Origin: Octopus vulgaris
Taxonomy: Eukaryota
DNA: 64,000 nucleotides
Reading direction: 5' to 3'
Assembly (NCBI GenBank): GCA_951406725.2
Contig: OX597830.1
Span: forward strand, 77,376,001-77,440,000
In this document: positions 13,360-26,358 of the stretch, piece by piece
Numbering within the stretch: position 1 is the stretch's first letter
Layout of the letters: every line of letters begins with the position of its first letter
Made by a program: the position numbers and the translations under genes
The notes under the pieces: model-generated
What the model was told of the DNA's origin: nothing
Database searches by the model: none
The model's input: the letters and a program-made list of their open reading frames with translations, nothing else

Positions 13360-13440
13360 TAATTAGTCCAGTACACTAATTATTTATGTTAAGTTTAAAG
13401 TTCAAACTCAGCTGGTATTGATTTTGTTAATAATTCCTCT

Positions 13441-13865
13441 AGGTGCAGGAGTGGCTGTGTGGTAAGTAGCTTACTTACCAACCACATGGTTCCGAGTTCA
13501 GTCCCACTGCATGGCACCTTGGACAAGTGTCTTCTACTATAGCCTCGGGTTGACCAAAGCCTTGTGAGTGGATTTGGTAGACGGAAACTGTAAGAAGCCC
13601 GCCGTATATATGTATATATATATGTTTGTGTGTCTGCGTGTGTGTTTGTATGTCTGTGTTTGTCCTCCCAACATCGCTTGACAAACGATGCTGGTGTGTT
13701 TGTGTCCCCGTAACTTAGCGGTTCGGATAAAGAGACCAATAGAATAAGTACTAGGCTTACAATGAATAAGTCCTGGGGTCGATTTGCTCGACTAAAGGTG
13801 GTGCTCCAACATGGCCGCAGTTAAATGACTGAAACAAGTAAAAGAGTAAAAAAAGAGTAAGAGTA
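13441..13865 (+). mobile_element. SINE type A
   Basis: Full copy matching the family. Confidence 0.9.
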
Positions 13866-13907
13866 CTGTCAAAAAAAAATGAATAAGATGATTAAATTTA
13901 GAAGCTA

Positions 13908-14299
13908 CTAGCAGTATCGCCCGGCGTTGCTCGGGTTTGTAAGGGAAATAACTATATAAGCATTTTTAGAGATGTAAAGTATAATAGCCATCTCAATATG
14001 GCTAACCACAAAGGGGGGTGTTACTGTAGCTTTTTACGTTCTGAGATTTAATAAATTTTTAGAGAGTTACTTCCCTTATATATGCCAAAAATGCATTAAA
14101 AATGGGAAAAATTGATGGTAAATTTTTTTTAAAATTGTAGACTCATCGTAGACGCGCGCTAATACCCAGAAGGGCTCGATATGAATCACGACTATAAGAT
14201 ACCCGGTTTTGGTTAAACTGCACCGCAAAATGTGGGAGTAGTTAGGAATCTAAATCGTAGGAGACAGACAGCACACAACCTTACTTTTATATATAAAGA
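13908..14299 (-). mobile_element. Non-autonomous Helitron
   Basis: Minus strand starts A^TCTTTATATATAAAAG and ends with hairpin CCCGAGCAACGCCGGG then CTAG^T; second copy at 62134. Confidence 0.9.
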
Positions 14300-16134
14300 T
14301 GTCAGTTATTTGCTAACATAGAATAAGAAATGTTATAATTCGAATAATGGAATCATATTTACAAATATTTTACTCACGTGCCAGCAATTATTATTTTTCA
14401 TACTAACCATAACAATGTGATAAATCCAACGATTTTAGTCGTCACAACACACATAAGTTAATCAACATTCGTTAGTTACATAAGACAATCACAATAGTCC
14501 GCCATGTAAATACAACCTCATCATGGACAGAAACAGAGGGGTCGACAGGGCAGCCGTCCAAGCATCATTATATTTTGATCAGCAAACGCCTACCCTACAT
14601 AAACTGCGACTGTGAAATTTTATATAAAGCCATTGTTATTACGCAGAGAACTAAACCAGGAAGACTGATTTGAATATGTGACATATGTTTTTGTTGTTTT
14701 TTCTGTTACGTAAATTATTTATGTTGCAGCAGTGTTTATTTTTCATACTAAATTTTACAAAGTGGTATATCAATAAATTTTAACCGTCGGAACATATATA
14801 AAATATTTAAATTAGTTACATTTGTAAAAATGTCATTTGTATCTAATAAATATCATTCATGTATTGAAACTATGACGTCTAAAATCTAATTGTTATACTC
14901 TACAGTGAATTTTAGTAATAAAAATAATTCTAAAATGACGAAACCTAACAGACACAAGAGTGCGTATGTAATGCTCCTTTTTTCCTATAATCTTTTAAAT
15001 TTAACCATCAACTTAAATAAAAGAAATAACTGCTAAATGTAAAGAATGCGATGTCCTAACCTGTTGATCAAAGATGATCAAGTTGTGACCGGTCTGTTAG
15101 ATTGAGTTTTACAACTACTAAAAAAACATAATAAATCTTATAAAATTGATAAATATAATTTTCTGTTAGAATTTTGCATAAAATGATTTATCGCTTTTTC
15201 TATTTTTTCTTTCTTTTTCAGATGTGATAAACGGAAGCTGAAAGGATGTAACCTCAACCTATCAATTGCGTAATAATGAGTTCGATCCCAAGTCAATGTC
15301 ATTGTTGCTAGTATAATTATGACTTCGGTAAAACGCTGTACTTTTTTTTATCTGGGTAGGAGAATTGATAAGATGGCGAACTGGCAGTTTCATTAAGGCA
15401 TTAGATAGAAAATCTAGTTCCCTGCATTCTCTGTTCAAATTCTGCTGAAGTACCGATAAATAAAGCCCCAGCCAAGCGCCGTGTCCATTTTTCATCCTCT
15501 TTCCCTATGCTTCTGGCTCCCTCCCTTCCTCTATTTCTTCCTCCTCTCTCACTCCCTCTGTATCTCCTCCTCTCTCTCTCACTCCTTCCTACCTCCTCTT
15601 CATCTCTCTCCCCTCTATATCCCCTTCCTCCTTTTTCTCTCTCCTTCCCTCTCTGTCTCATCCTTCTCTGTTTCCCTCTCTAATTGCATCAATGATAGCA
15701 AAAAAGAAGATAGTCATACAGTTTGAGGTGGTCGATCGTTATTCCCACGTGATATTTAGAACAGCCAGTAACATGCAGATATACATGCCATTGAGCCTTG
15801 CCACCAGATGTCTGGGGAATATCCAAGCAGTGGACCTGAACAATAGCACTGATGCCATAATGACAAGATTGAGGCTCTTTTCCAGATCCTCTGGTAACGA
15901 TAACTTCCAGGTTACGCCGTGGCTTTCATGACCAGCCAATGCTTTCGTGAGATAAGTCCTTACTGCCGTTTCACTGGCTGTTATGTGTTAATTAGATAAA
16001 GGGGCGCCTAGAAACTTGAGAGGGCTTTGTTTTAACGAGCTCATTGGTCCTTTCTGATTGGTACAGATATATTCAGGTTTTAAGGTCCTAGGAGACACAA
16101 GGCTGGTTATCCGCTTTCCATGACGTATAAGTGA

Positions 16135-16159
16135 AGACGATGACGACTACGACGACGAC

Positions 16160-16222
<63 letters not shown>

Positions 16223-16410
16223 GATGACGATGATGATGTTGATGATGTGACAATGATGATGATGGTGATGACGATGATGATGATGTGACAATGATAATGA
16301 TAGTGATGATGATGATGATGATAATGATGATGTGACAGTGATAATGATGGTGATGATGGTGGTGGTGGTGGTGGTGGTGGTGGTGATGATGATGATGATG
16401 ATGATAGCAA
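16135..16410. repeat. Compound (GAT)n/(GGT)n microsatellite
   Basis: Direct inspection. Confidence 0.95.
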
Positions 16411-16659
16411 GAAGCTACTTATCTATGATGATGTTTAGCGCTTTCACCCCCATTAATGTTATCGTCACTACCATCAGCAACAATAACAGCAACAACAATA
16501 ATAATTAATAAAAACAATAACAAAAGCAATTGTAATATCCTCCTGACATTTTGATATAAGGATGTTTCAAATTTACCATTCCAAAACTACCCTAACCACG
16601 AGGATTGTACACTCAGAATTACCTGTTCTAAGTCTCATTCAGTTGGGAATGCAAGGTTC

Positions 16660-16822
16660 TAGGCGAGAAATTTTAAGGGGAGAGACAAGTCGATTGCATT
16701 GACTCTAATATTTTATTTTATTGATTCATGAAAGAACTCGGCGGGATTTGAACTCAGAATATAAGGAGTCGAAATTTCGCCAAGCAATTTGTGGTAGCCA
16801 TTCTGACAGCTCACCACTGCCT
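16660..16822 (-). mobile_element. Degenerate SINE type D
   Basis: CTCGGCGGGATTTGAACTCAGAA...CAGCTCACCACTGCC resembles the reverse complement of 32654. Confidence 0.55.
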
Positions 16823-17597
16823 TTTAATGGCTAATAAAGGCAGACAATTCACAGAATCGTTTGAATATAGAGTAGGTTGCTTTGTGTCGTTCGTTTCGCG
16901 TGTTTGTACTCTTCGTTCAAATTCCACCTGTGTCAACTTTGCCTGCCATCCATTCTGGGTTAATAGAATAAAACACCAGTATAGTTTCGATTCATTTCTT
17001 TCTGTCTCTTTTTCTCTTGCAGGAAAAAAACCCAACTGTGATCAGTCCTTGAGAAGGAAAGTCTTTACAAGGCCTGAAATAATACACTAGACACACCGTA
17101 TTCCACAATGGCTGCCATTAGGATTACACCAAGAAGTTGATGCCCCAAGACAATAACAGCCAATATCTTCCACCACTTTTACAAGAAAAGCTGCCAAACG
17201 AAGCCTCTACGTCAATGATTTTTATCCCTTATCAATCTACATGCAGAAAACACTAGATAAGGCTCTGAAAACGTTGAAGTATATCCTCAGTTCTTTAGAA
17301 TTTATAGCTTGGAAACAACAATAAGAGAAAATTATGATTGCGTCATAGCAAAAATGGCCGCTGGTGATGCACTTCGCTCGCCAATGAATAAATATGCGCC
17401 ATAGCAATATAAAAAAATATGAAAAATTTCCATAAAAAAATATTGAAAATATGGAAAAACAATATGGAAAATTTCCATTAAAAAATACTGAAAATATGGA
17501 AAAAAATATGAAAAATATGGTCAAAAAAACCTGGCACACCCGCGAACGAAACGGCTCAGATATATTCTATGGCACACTGTTTGAAAATGTCATGGTT

Positions 17598-18272
17598 GTT
17601 ACTGCAGAGTCTATGCAGACAGAGCAATTGGGTGTATGGGATGGAGAGCTTGATGTGGGTAGGATGGGGGGAGCAGAAGTTGAGGTATGACTTTGAGTCG
17701 GTGTGTTTGTAGTGCGTGGAGGTAGTGAGAGCTGAGTTGTGTATGTTGACCGACTTGTCGAGAAGGGCAATGGAAGTGTTGGAAATGGTGCAGGAAAATT
17801 CGAGGGCAGGATGGACGGATTAGACAAAAGAGAGGAAGGAGTTTAGTTGTTGGCGGGATAGCGAGGTCGTGCCGATACAGTCATCAATATAACGACCGTA
17901 TAGTTCGGAAGTGGGGACCTTGAAAATATTGAGAATCTTGAAAATATTTGGGCCTCAACGTAGTCAACGAACAGGCTTGCATAGTTGGGGTTCATTCTCA
18001 TTCTCATGACCACTCCCGAGATCTATTGGTAAAACTCCCCCGCGAATGAGAAGCAATTGAGGTAGAGGACAAGTTCGACCAGATGAAGAAGTGTGGACAT
18101 GTCAGGTTGTGGGTTGATTTTGAAGATGTATGAAGTATTTGAGGACAAGAAATCCTTCGTTATGTGGGACTTTTGATATCAAGAGTAAAGAGAAGTTTAG
18201 AGGGACCAGGAGGGAATGAGAAAGAGTTGAAAAGACGAAGAGCAGGGTTAGTATCGTGGATGTGTGAGGGAT
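17598..18272 (-). pseudogene. Penelope-like element reverse transcriptase relic
   Basis: Manual minus-strand translation: DTNPAL..LLFTLDIKS, LVELVLYLNCFSFAGEFYQ*ISGVVM..PNYASLFVDYVE, YGRYIDDCIG, HPALEF, YKHTDSKSYLNFCSPHP..IPYTQL; has stops and frameshifts. Confidence 0.85.
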
Positions 18273-18838
18273 ATATACATGTGTGTTTGTGTGTGTCCAT
18301 GTATAAATACATACACGCACAAATATTTACATACATATATACACATATATTCATATTGATTCATATATAAATATATGCGTGTGTGCGTGTGTATAGATAT
18401 GTACGCACACATTCACACATTCCCACAAAAAATTCTCGTACATTCACACACACACACTCACATACACACATACACACATACACACATACACACACACACA
18501 TATGTATACATGTTGATACATACATACATATATGAATACACATACACTCATGTGTAAATATTCTCAAAATAAATAAAAAATTTCTCTTCTAATAAAATTT
18601 GAACTTATTATTTGCAGTGCTGCTCTTACTGAAATGCAATGAGATATTTCCATATCATTCCACCCCGATTCCACCCCGATTCCACCCTTTCCCTCGGATC
18701 TATATTCCCAAGAGTCTCCATGAAGCCTACTCTTATTACAAAGAGAAGTTTTAAATAAAAATTAAAACAAAAAACTTCAATAACAAGCACACATACATAT
18801 ATTTATAAATATACATACATATATACATATACATACAT

Positions 18839-18875
<37 letters not shown>

Positions 18876-19304
18876 CTTAATCAAACACACACATATTCGC
18901 TTAGACATAGATATATCCATCTACAAACACATACACACAAACACATACACAATGTGTCATATACATATATCACTCGCACACAACACACGCATGCACACGC
19001 ATATATATATATATATACATACTCGCACTTAGACACAAAATGTAAAAGAAGCACATACATACAAACATACATACATACACGTATATACTCACGCATTTGC
19101 ACACATGCACATACAAATATGAATAAGAACTTGTAAGCATACACAAACACTTAATCGCGTATATACATACATGCATTTACACGCATACATTTGCACACGC
19201 CTATACGCATACATATACAGACGCAATCATATATGAACGCACGCCAACAGGCAGGTACATTTTGAGACATGGAGACACACAAACACATAGACACACGTTC
19301 AAGT

Positions 19305-19361
<57 letters not shown>

Positions 19362-19739
19362 AACACTCACTAAGATTCATACACATTTATATACATACAC
19401 AAGCATAAACGCACACGAACTCACAGACGCGCATAGTCAGACAAAAACTCACACTCACACATACACACATACACACATATACATTTTACACACACACATA
19501 CAAGCACTCACAAACAGGCACACACAAGGACACATACAAGGGCACACAAACGTAGATCTATAATCACGCAGACACACACACACATATACACACAGAGGCG
19601 CGCGTACACACACACATCAGGACAATGCTTCTGAGAGACTCTTCTAGAAGGGGTGATACCGAGTGTAAAGTCCCAGTGGTTAAGGTTGTCTTGGAATCGT
19701 AAGGTTGAAGCATCCATATATCAAAATGTCAGGATATTT

Positions 19740-19793
19740 CAATTGTTGTTGTTGCTATTATTATTATTATTATTATCATTATTATTATTATTA

Positions 19794-19863
<70 letters not shown>

Positions 19864-20056
19864 CATCATCACTATTATTATTATTGTTATTATTATTATT
19901 ATTATTATTACTATAATTATTATTATTATCATCATTATTATCATTATTATTATTATTATTACTATTATCACCATCATCATCATCATTATCTCCCTCCTCC
20001 TCCTCCTCATCGTCGTTATTATCATTATTACTATTATTATTATTAGTAGTAGTAGT

Positions 20057-20135
<79 letters not shown>

Positions 20136-20844
20136 ATAGTGTTGTTGTTGTTGTTGTTACTGGTGTTCTTGCTGCTGCTACTGTTGTTATTGCAGTTGTT
20201 GCTGCCCATGGCTGTATCGATGGTGATGGTGGTGGTGGTAGTGGTGATATCATTGATGATGGTTAAAGCGACAAACGTCATCATAGGTGGGTGGTTTCTT
20301 GCTATCATCATAATCTTCATCCTCCTCCCCCTCATCATCATCATCATCATCATCATTATCATCACGTTCATCGACTGTGATCCTCGTCATCAGCCACCTT
20401 CCCCCGTCATATACAGTAATTAAAATATTAATTACCTATTGTTAATATTAGTAGTATTATTGCTTTTATCGTATCATCACTATTGTTATCGTCGTTATTA
20501 GTTTGACAGTCGCCTTTATCACCCCTACCATCGTCATCGTCATCGCAGTGATCATCATCATCATCATCACCATCATCATCATCATCTACGCCATTGTCGT
20601 CGACATTATCATGATCGTCATCGTCATCATCACCACCACCACCACCTTCATCATCATCATCATCAGCAGCAGCAGTAGCGTCGTCATCATCGTCGTCGTC
20701 ATCATCATCATCATGAACAACATCATCAGCATCACTACCAGCACCTTCACCGGCACCACCACCACCACCACCACCACCGACACCATTATTATCAACATCA
20801 TCGTCCTCGTCGTCGTTGTCATCCGTCGTCGTGATCATCACCAC

Positions 20845-20907
<63 letters not shown>

Positions 20908-21045
20908 AAGCGAACACCACCACCACCACCACCACCGCTATCATTATCGTTATCGTCTTCATCGTCATGATCATCGTCGCTCTCCTCCCCTTCCTCCTCT
21001 TCCTCCTCCTCCTCCTCCTCATCGTCATCATCCACGATCACCAAG
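19740..21045. repeat. Large compound trinucleotide microsatellite block (TAT, TAG, CAG, CAT, CGT, CAC, CCT)
   Basis: Direct inspection. Confidence 0.95.
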
Positions 21046-21503
21046 TTGAGTTTTTTTTATCTTAATTTCGATTTCGTTTCTTTATTTTATTAAATTGTTT
21101 TGGAGGTAATTTGTGACCATAGAGGAACGATGACTGGAATCTTATCGCTTGCCATCTTACGAGGATTCCCCCAAAATCCCCGAAGGGGTCAGGACAGTCA
21201 CTGTGGTACCGTAGCGTATCGGATAATATCTATATAACTCTATTTAGGGGCCAATACGAAATAAATAAATAAATAAATAGATAAACATATCATTGATCCC
21301 TCTCTCCAACACTTATTTTTTTTCTCGTTTTTCCTACGTCTCTTTCCCTCTCTCTGTACGTCCGTCTTAGTTGTTCTCTTTTTGTATCTCTCACTCTCTC
21401 AGTAGGTTGATCTTTCTCTGTTCTCATTCTATTTCTCTTTCTCTTTGTCACTTGTCTTCTCTATCTATCAATCTATCTATCTATCTAACTATCTATCTGT
21501 CTG

Positions 21504-21575
<72 letters not shown>

Positions 21576-21737
21576 CCTACCTCGCTATCTACCTACCTAT
21601 CTATTTATATATCTATCTATTTATCTATTTACCTATCTATCTATTTATTTATCTATCTATCTATCTAACTATATATATATCTATTTATCTATTTATCTAC
21701 CTATCCATCTATCCTATCTATCTATCTATCTATCTAT

Positions 21738-22404
21738 ATCGTCAATATTGTCACGCCTCCTTCCTTCAAACGGGAAGGAAGAGCTATTTTCATCATCCTT
21801 GTGGCTATGGCGAAAGAATGTATCTGGTGGACGCGTCTGAAAGGATTGGAGACAAACACTTTCCTCTCTGGTCAATCTCTCATCAACTTCTTCAAGTACC
21901 ACTTGAAAAGGAAAGTGAGAGTAGAGAGGCAAGTTTTGTCTAGCGAATGTTTTAAAAAAAGATGGGTGAATGTAGCAAGAATGGCACGTATGAATGACGA
22001 AGCCACCTTGAGCATAGTCCTATGAACCCAGAAATCGAAAACAGAGAGTTGCTTATTTGCAAAAAAAAAAAAAAAAAAAGAAATATAAAATGTGACTTCA
22101 TTGACCGAGGTTACCGTGGTCTTTTCCGTAGGCTTTTCTTTCCACGGGTAAACCTCACCTGTCCTCCCTTTACACTTCATATTGACATTTCTGTGATAAC
22201 GATCCCTATTGATCAATTTTTTTTCCTCCCCCCTTTTTTTAACCCCCCCTTTTTTTGTCCTCTTTCTCTCCTTTTACGATCCCTTTTGATCGAAACTCCC
22301 CCTTCCTTTTTTTTTTTTTTTTTTTTTCTAACCCTTCAAAAGAAAAGCTCTACCTTGTAATTTGTTCTATCTGTGTGCAGCCCGGTGTGGCTAATAAAGA
22401 AACA

Positions 22405-22405
<1 letters not shown>
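21738..22405 (+). mobile_element. 5'-truncated L1/Tx1-like LINE 3' end inserted in (TCTA)n
   Basis: Open frame to 22025 (..LVAMAKECIWWTR...LKRKVRVE...FKKRW..) resembles Tx1-type ORF2 C-termini; pyrimidine-rich 3' UTR ending AATAAA at 22393; (TCTA)n on both sides. Confidence 0.65.
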
Positions 22406-22478
<73 letters not shown>

Positions 22479-22699
22479 CCTACCTATCCATCTATCTATC
22501 TCACACACACATTCTCTCATTTTTTCTCTGCTTCTCTTTTTGTCGCATGTCATTCTGTCCTAATGTGTATCGTTCTCTCTCTCTCTCCCTCTCTCGTTCT
22601 GCCACTGTCTATCACTAGTTTCTCTCTCTTTCTTTCTCTCTCCCCATCTCTCTCTTTCTCTGTCTTACAATGGTTTTATATATATTTTGTAGACACTTG

Positions 22700-23376
22700 T
22701 CAACATCATCAGCATCACTATCATCATCATCATATGTCTGTCTGTCTGTCTCTCTCTCTCCTTGTCTGTCTGTCTGTCTGGCTGGCTCTTTCATTTACAA
22801 TAGCTTTTCATGTATTTTGTAGATCCTTGTCATCAGCATCATTAGCATTATTATCATCATCATCATCACTGTCATTTTACTCACTGTCTTCGACGTCATC
22901 GTCACCTTTACTATCCTTCTTCTTCCTCCACCTCCTCCTCATGTTAAAAGTTCTCAACATCTTCATCGTACGATTTCCTCCATCGGTCTACTTCCTCCCT
23001 ACTATGTCTTCCTGTTTTATCCTTCTTTTTTTTCTCTTTTTCTTCTTCTTCTTCTTCTTCTTCTTCTTCTTCTTCTTCTTCTTCTTCTTCTTCTTCTTCT
23101 TCTTCTTCTTCTTCTTCTTCTTCTTCATGAACATCATCATCATCATCATGACAATCACCATGATTGTTATCGTCGACACCAACATCGCAATCACCATCAC
23201 CCTCATCGTCCTTGTCATTGTCATCGTCGTTGTCGTCGTCATTGTCATCGTCTTCATCATCACTATCATAACCACCACCACCACCATCATCACTATCATA
23301 ACCACCACCACCACCATCATCATCACCATCATCATCACCATCATCATCATCACCATCATCATCATCATCGTCGTCG

Positions 23377-23413
<37 letters not shown>

Positions 23414-23529
23414 CATCATCATCGTCATCATCATCGTCATCATCATCATTATCATCATCATCATCATCATCATCATCGTCGTCGTCGTCGTCGTCGTCAT
23501 CATCATCATCATCATCATCGTCGTCGTCG

Positions 23530-23622
<93 letters not shown>

Positions 23623-23835
23623 CCTTCGTTTCTATTAAATATACGTTGCTCCTGACCAATGATCTTGGCATCGATTTCCGTTTGCTAATGCGGCTGCGGC
23701 TGTTATTGTTGCTGCTACTGTTAGTGATGTTGATGTTGGTGCTATTTTTGTTGTTGTTGTTGGTGTTTGTCTCTTTTATTGATTGAATGATTGAATGATT
23801 GACTGATTGACTGACTGTTGTTGGTGTTGTTGTTG
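22700..23835. repeat. Compound (TTC)n/(ATC)n/(GTT)n microsatellite block
   Basis: Direct inspection. Confidence 0.95.
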
Positions 23836-24297
23836 TTGTACTTCTATGTCTGCAATAGTCTTTACGTTAACCCCAATTCAATCTAACGGTGTTATCAATT
23901 GAAGTGAGAGCACTTTGGTTGTAGCTGTTGATATTTCTCTTCCAGTGGCTGTTACCGTTATTATTAATATAGGCGTAGGAGTGGCTGTATGGTAAGTAGC
24001 TTGCTTACGAACCACATGATTCCGGGTTCAGTCAAATAAACAAAAAAAAAGAAAGAAAAGGAGAGGACTTTACTAAAGAGATCCAAGGACCAGACAGGGT
24101 GTTAAACAAGCTGGTATGTTTAACCAATGCATAAAATAATCTACTAAATAAACAATACATTATTTGATTGAACTCAACGAATCTGGGACTACTATTATTG
24201 GCGTTTGTTGCATTACTAGCAGTTTATAGAAGTAAAAGCTGACATATGATTCCCAAAATTCTCTCTATGTATTTATCTGTCTTGCATTCCCTCCTAG

Positions 24298-24342
<45 letters not shown>

Positions 24343-24372
24343 TGTGTGTCTGTGTATGTTTGTATGTGTGTG

Positions 24373-24589
24373 AAGGCATGTGGACTAGTGGCAAGTCTGT
24401 TGCGCTCACAATCACTAGATCGTGGGTTTGATTCCTTGACCGGGTAATGTATAGAGTTCTTCAGTAAAACACTTCCTTTCCCGTTATTCCACTCCCGTTT
24501 TTGATCCAGGCTAAAACAGTGCAAAACACATTGTGACTACCAATGTGTAACAACATCTGGTAACCTGGTCAGTCACTTGTTCACATGAT
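24373..24589 (+). mobile_element. Degenerate tRNA-SINE with type-B tail
   Basis: Tail CATTGTGAC..ATGTGTAACAACATCTG shared with 25355 and 60902. Confidence 0.6.
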
Positions 24590-25119
24590 ATATATATAGA
24601 TGTTTTGCTAATTGACTATATATATATATATATATATAAACCAGCTTAGAGAAGAAGAAACGAAACCAAACCAAATGAATCGAATCGACGCGAAGGCGCT
24701 CAGTCATACAATAGTGTAATAAATAAAATATATGCATACATACAAACATATATGTACGTACCTACATCTACATGTATATATATATGCATATATAAATATA
24801 TATACGTGTGTACAGGACACCACAAATAGACGTAGAACTCAACGAGAAACGAAAACGTAAAAACGAAAACGTAAAACTCAGCGAGAAACGAAAAGGTAAA
24901 AACAGCATGGAACGGACCATTTTTTAACAACGAAAAAACAGAGTACAAGACAACTACACAAGGAAAAATCCCCTTCATCAGCTGTCCGTAGTTCAACTCC
25001 AGCGTGTTTCGAAGGTGATATATAGTCAATTAGAAAAAAAAATAGAGACAAAAAGAAAAACAAACAAGCATGAGGACGTATCACAAGCAATGTATCAATA
25101 GGTAAAAGAAGAGAGTTGT

Positions 25120-25156
25120 TGTTTTACGTTTTGAGCATAGCGCTTCGTCGGAAACA
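25120..25156 (-). ncRNA. Minimal hammerhead, U4C variant, with G12A lesion
   Basis: Minus strand: tgttt-CCGACGA-a gcgc tat gctc-AAAAC GTA-aaaca; homologous to the intact motif at 62671. Confidence 0.6.
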
Positions 25157-25354
25157 GGAAAAACAGGGAATTCCAAAGGAAACGAAAAAAGATGAAGGCA
25201 GGAAAATTGCCAGCAGACCACGTACGGCTATATATCTTTGACTTGAAGGGTTTTAGTCGAAGAATTCGAACCCAGGTTTTATTTTTTAAGCCTGGTATTT
25301 TTCTATCAGTCTCTTTTGCCGATGTATATATGTATATATATATATAGAGAGAGA

Positions 25355-25651
25355 GACGCAATGGCCCAGTGGTTAGGGCAGCGGACTCGCGGTCGTAGGA
25401 TCGCGGTTTCGATTCCCAGACCGGGCGTTGTGAGTGTTTATTGAGCGAAAACACCTAAAAGCTTCACGAGGCTCCGGCAGGGGGTGGTGATCCCTGCTGT
25501 ACTCTTTCACCACTCTTTCTTCCACTCTTTCTTCTATTGGCCTGCTCGCTTAGCCAGCGGGGTGGCGTCATTCGAAGGCTAAAACGATGCGAACGCATTG
25601 TGACCAGCAATGTGTAACAACATCTGATGGTCTGGTCGGTCTCGTGACGTG

Positions 25652-25653
<2 letters not shown>
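25355..25653 (+). mobile_element. SINE type B (tRNA-Arg-like head)
   Basis: A box TGGCCCAGTGG, B box GTTTCGATTCC; matches 60902. Confidence 0.9.
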
Positions 25654-25685
<32 letters not shown>

Positions 25686-25686
<1 letters not shown>

Positions 25687-26331
25687 TTAATAAAAAGAAT
25701 TCCAACCTTGTCTGATTTTCACGTTTTATTTACAATCTTATAATGATATATTATAAGATAATATATTATAATTGAATAAAATAAAATGAAATAGTAGAAT
25801 GTTAAATATTCATTCTGATTGAACTAGTACTTTCATGCATTGAATTCTGCAATCTTCGGGTTCATGTAGTAGTGTTGACAGTCATGCTTCACAATTTTTG
25901 ACTGTAGCAAGATGAGTGATTCTGTGCTATAAATACAGCTGGGTAGGCTCCAGAGTGCTAGGTTTTGCAAACTGTATTCTGACCAATCAGTGTGTAGTAT
26001 CACTCAATTACTTAAGCTGATTGGTTGGTTGAGCTGATTGGTTTAGGCATCACGCTTTGTTGGACAGGTCAAGAGTCCTGTATCTTGACCCTGGCCGAAG
26101 CAGCAATTGTTGGGTTATTTTTAGAAATGTTGTAAATATCCTTTGTCAGAGATTTTTATATTTTTATATTTCAATTGTCATCATCATCATTGTCAGCACC
26201 TTAATTATTGTTGCTAGTGGTGATGGTGGTGGCAATAGAACTTTTAACCCTAAATAAGATAATTTTCCTGCTATCTTCGTCTTGATCACCTTTAGTATTG
26301 TTGTTGTTGTTAGTGGTCATGGTCGTAGCAG
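25686..26331 (-). repeat. 3' pseudo-LTR (left arm of inverted repeat)
   Basis: Reverse complement of 28912-29557; one difference noticed (ASGD vs ASCD in the duplicated ORF-track entries). Confidence 0.95.
25820..25864 (-). ncRNA. Minimal type I hammerhead in pLTR (U4C variant)
   Basis: tgaac-CCGAAGA-t tgca gaattcaa tgca t-GAA-AG ta CT-A-gttca. Confidence 0.75.
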
Positions 26332-26358
26332 TGGAAGTAATACCTCTAAGTATTATTA

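Noticed and set aside
15692-15939. Unique-sequence short ORFs on both strands
   Set aside because: No recognisable domain or splice signals
15200-17250. Polypyrimidine-AG acceptor-like sites at ~15220 and ~17022 suggesting host exons
   Set aside because: Early stops or no recognisable product, and no clear donors; needs RNA-seq
21165-21230. ATCC-CCGAAGG...CGTAGCGTA-TCGGAT hammerhead-like relic
   Set aside because: Too many core substitutions
26057-26257. Duplicated 66-aa ORF (also 28986-29186)
   Set aside because: Antisense reading of the pLTR with a non-ATG start; useful only as evidence of the inverted repeat
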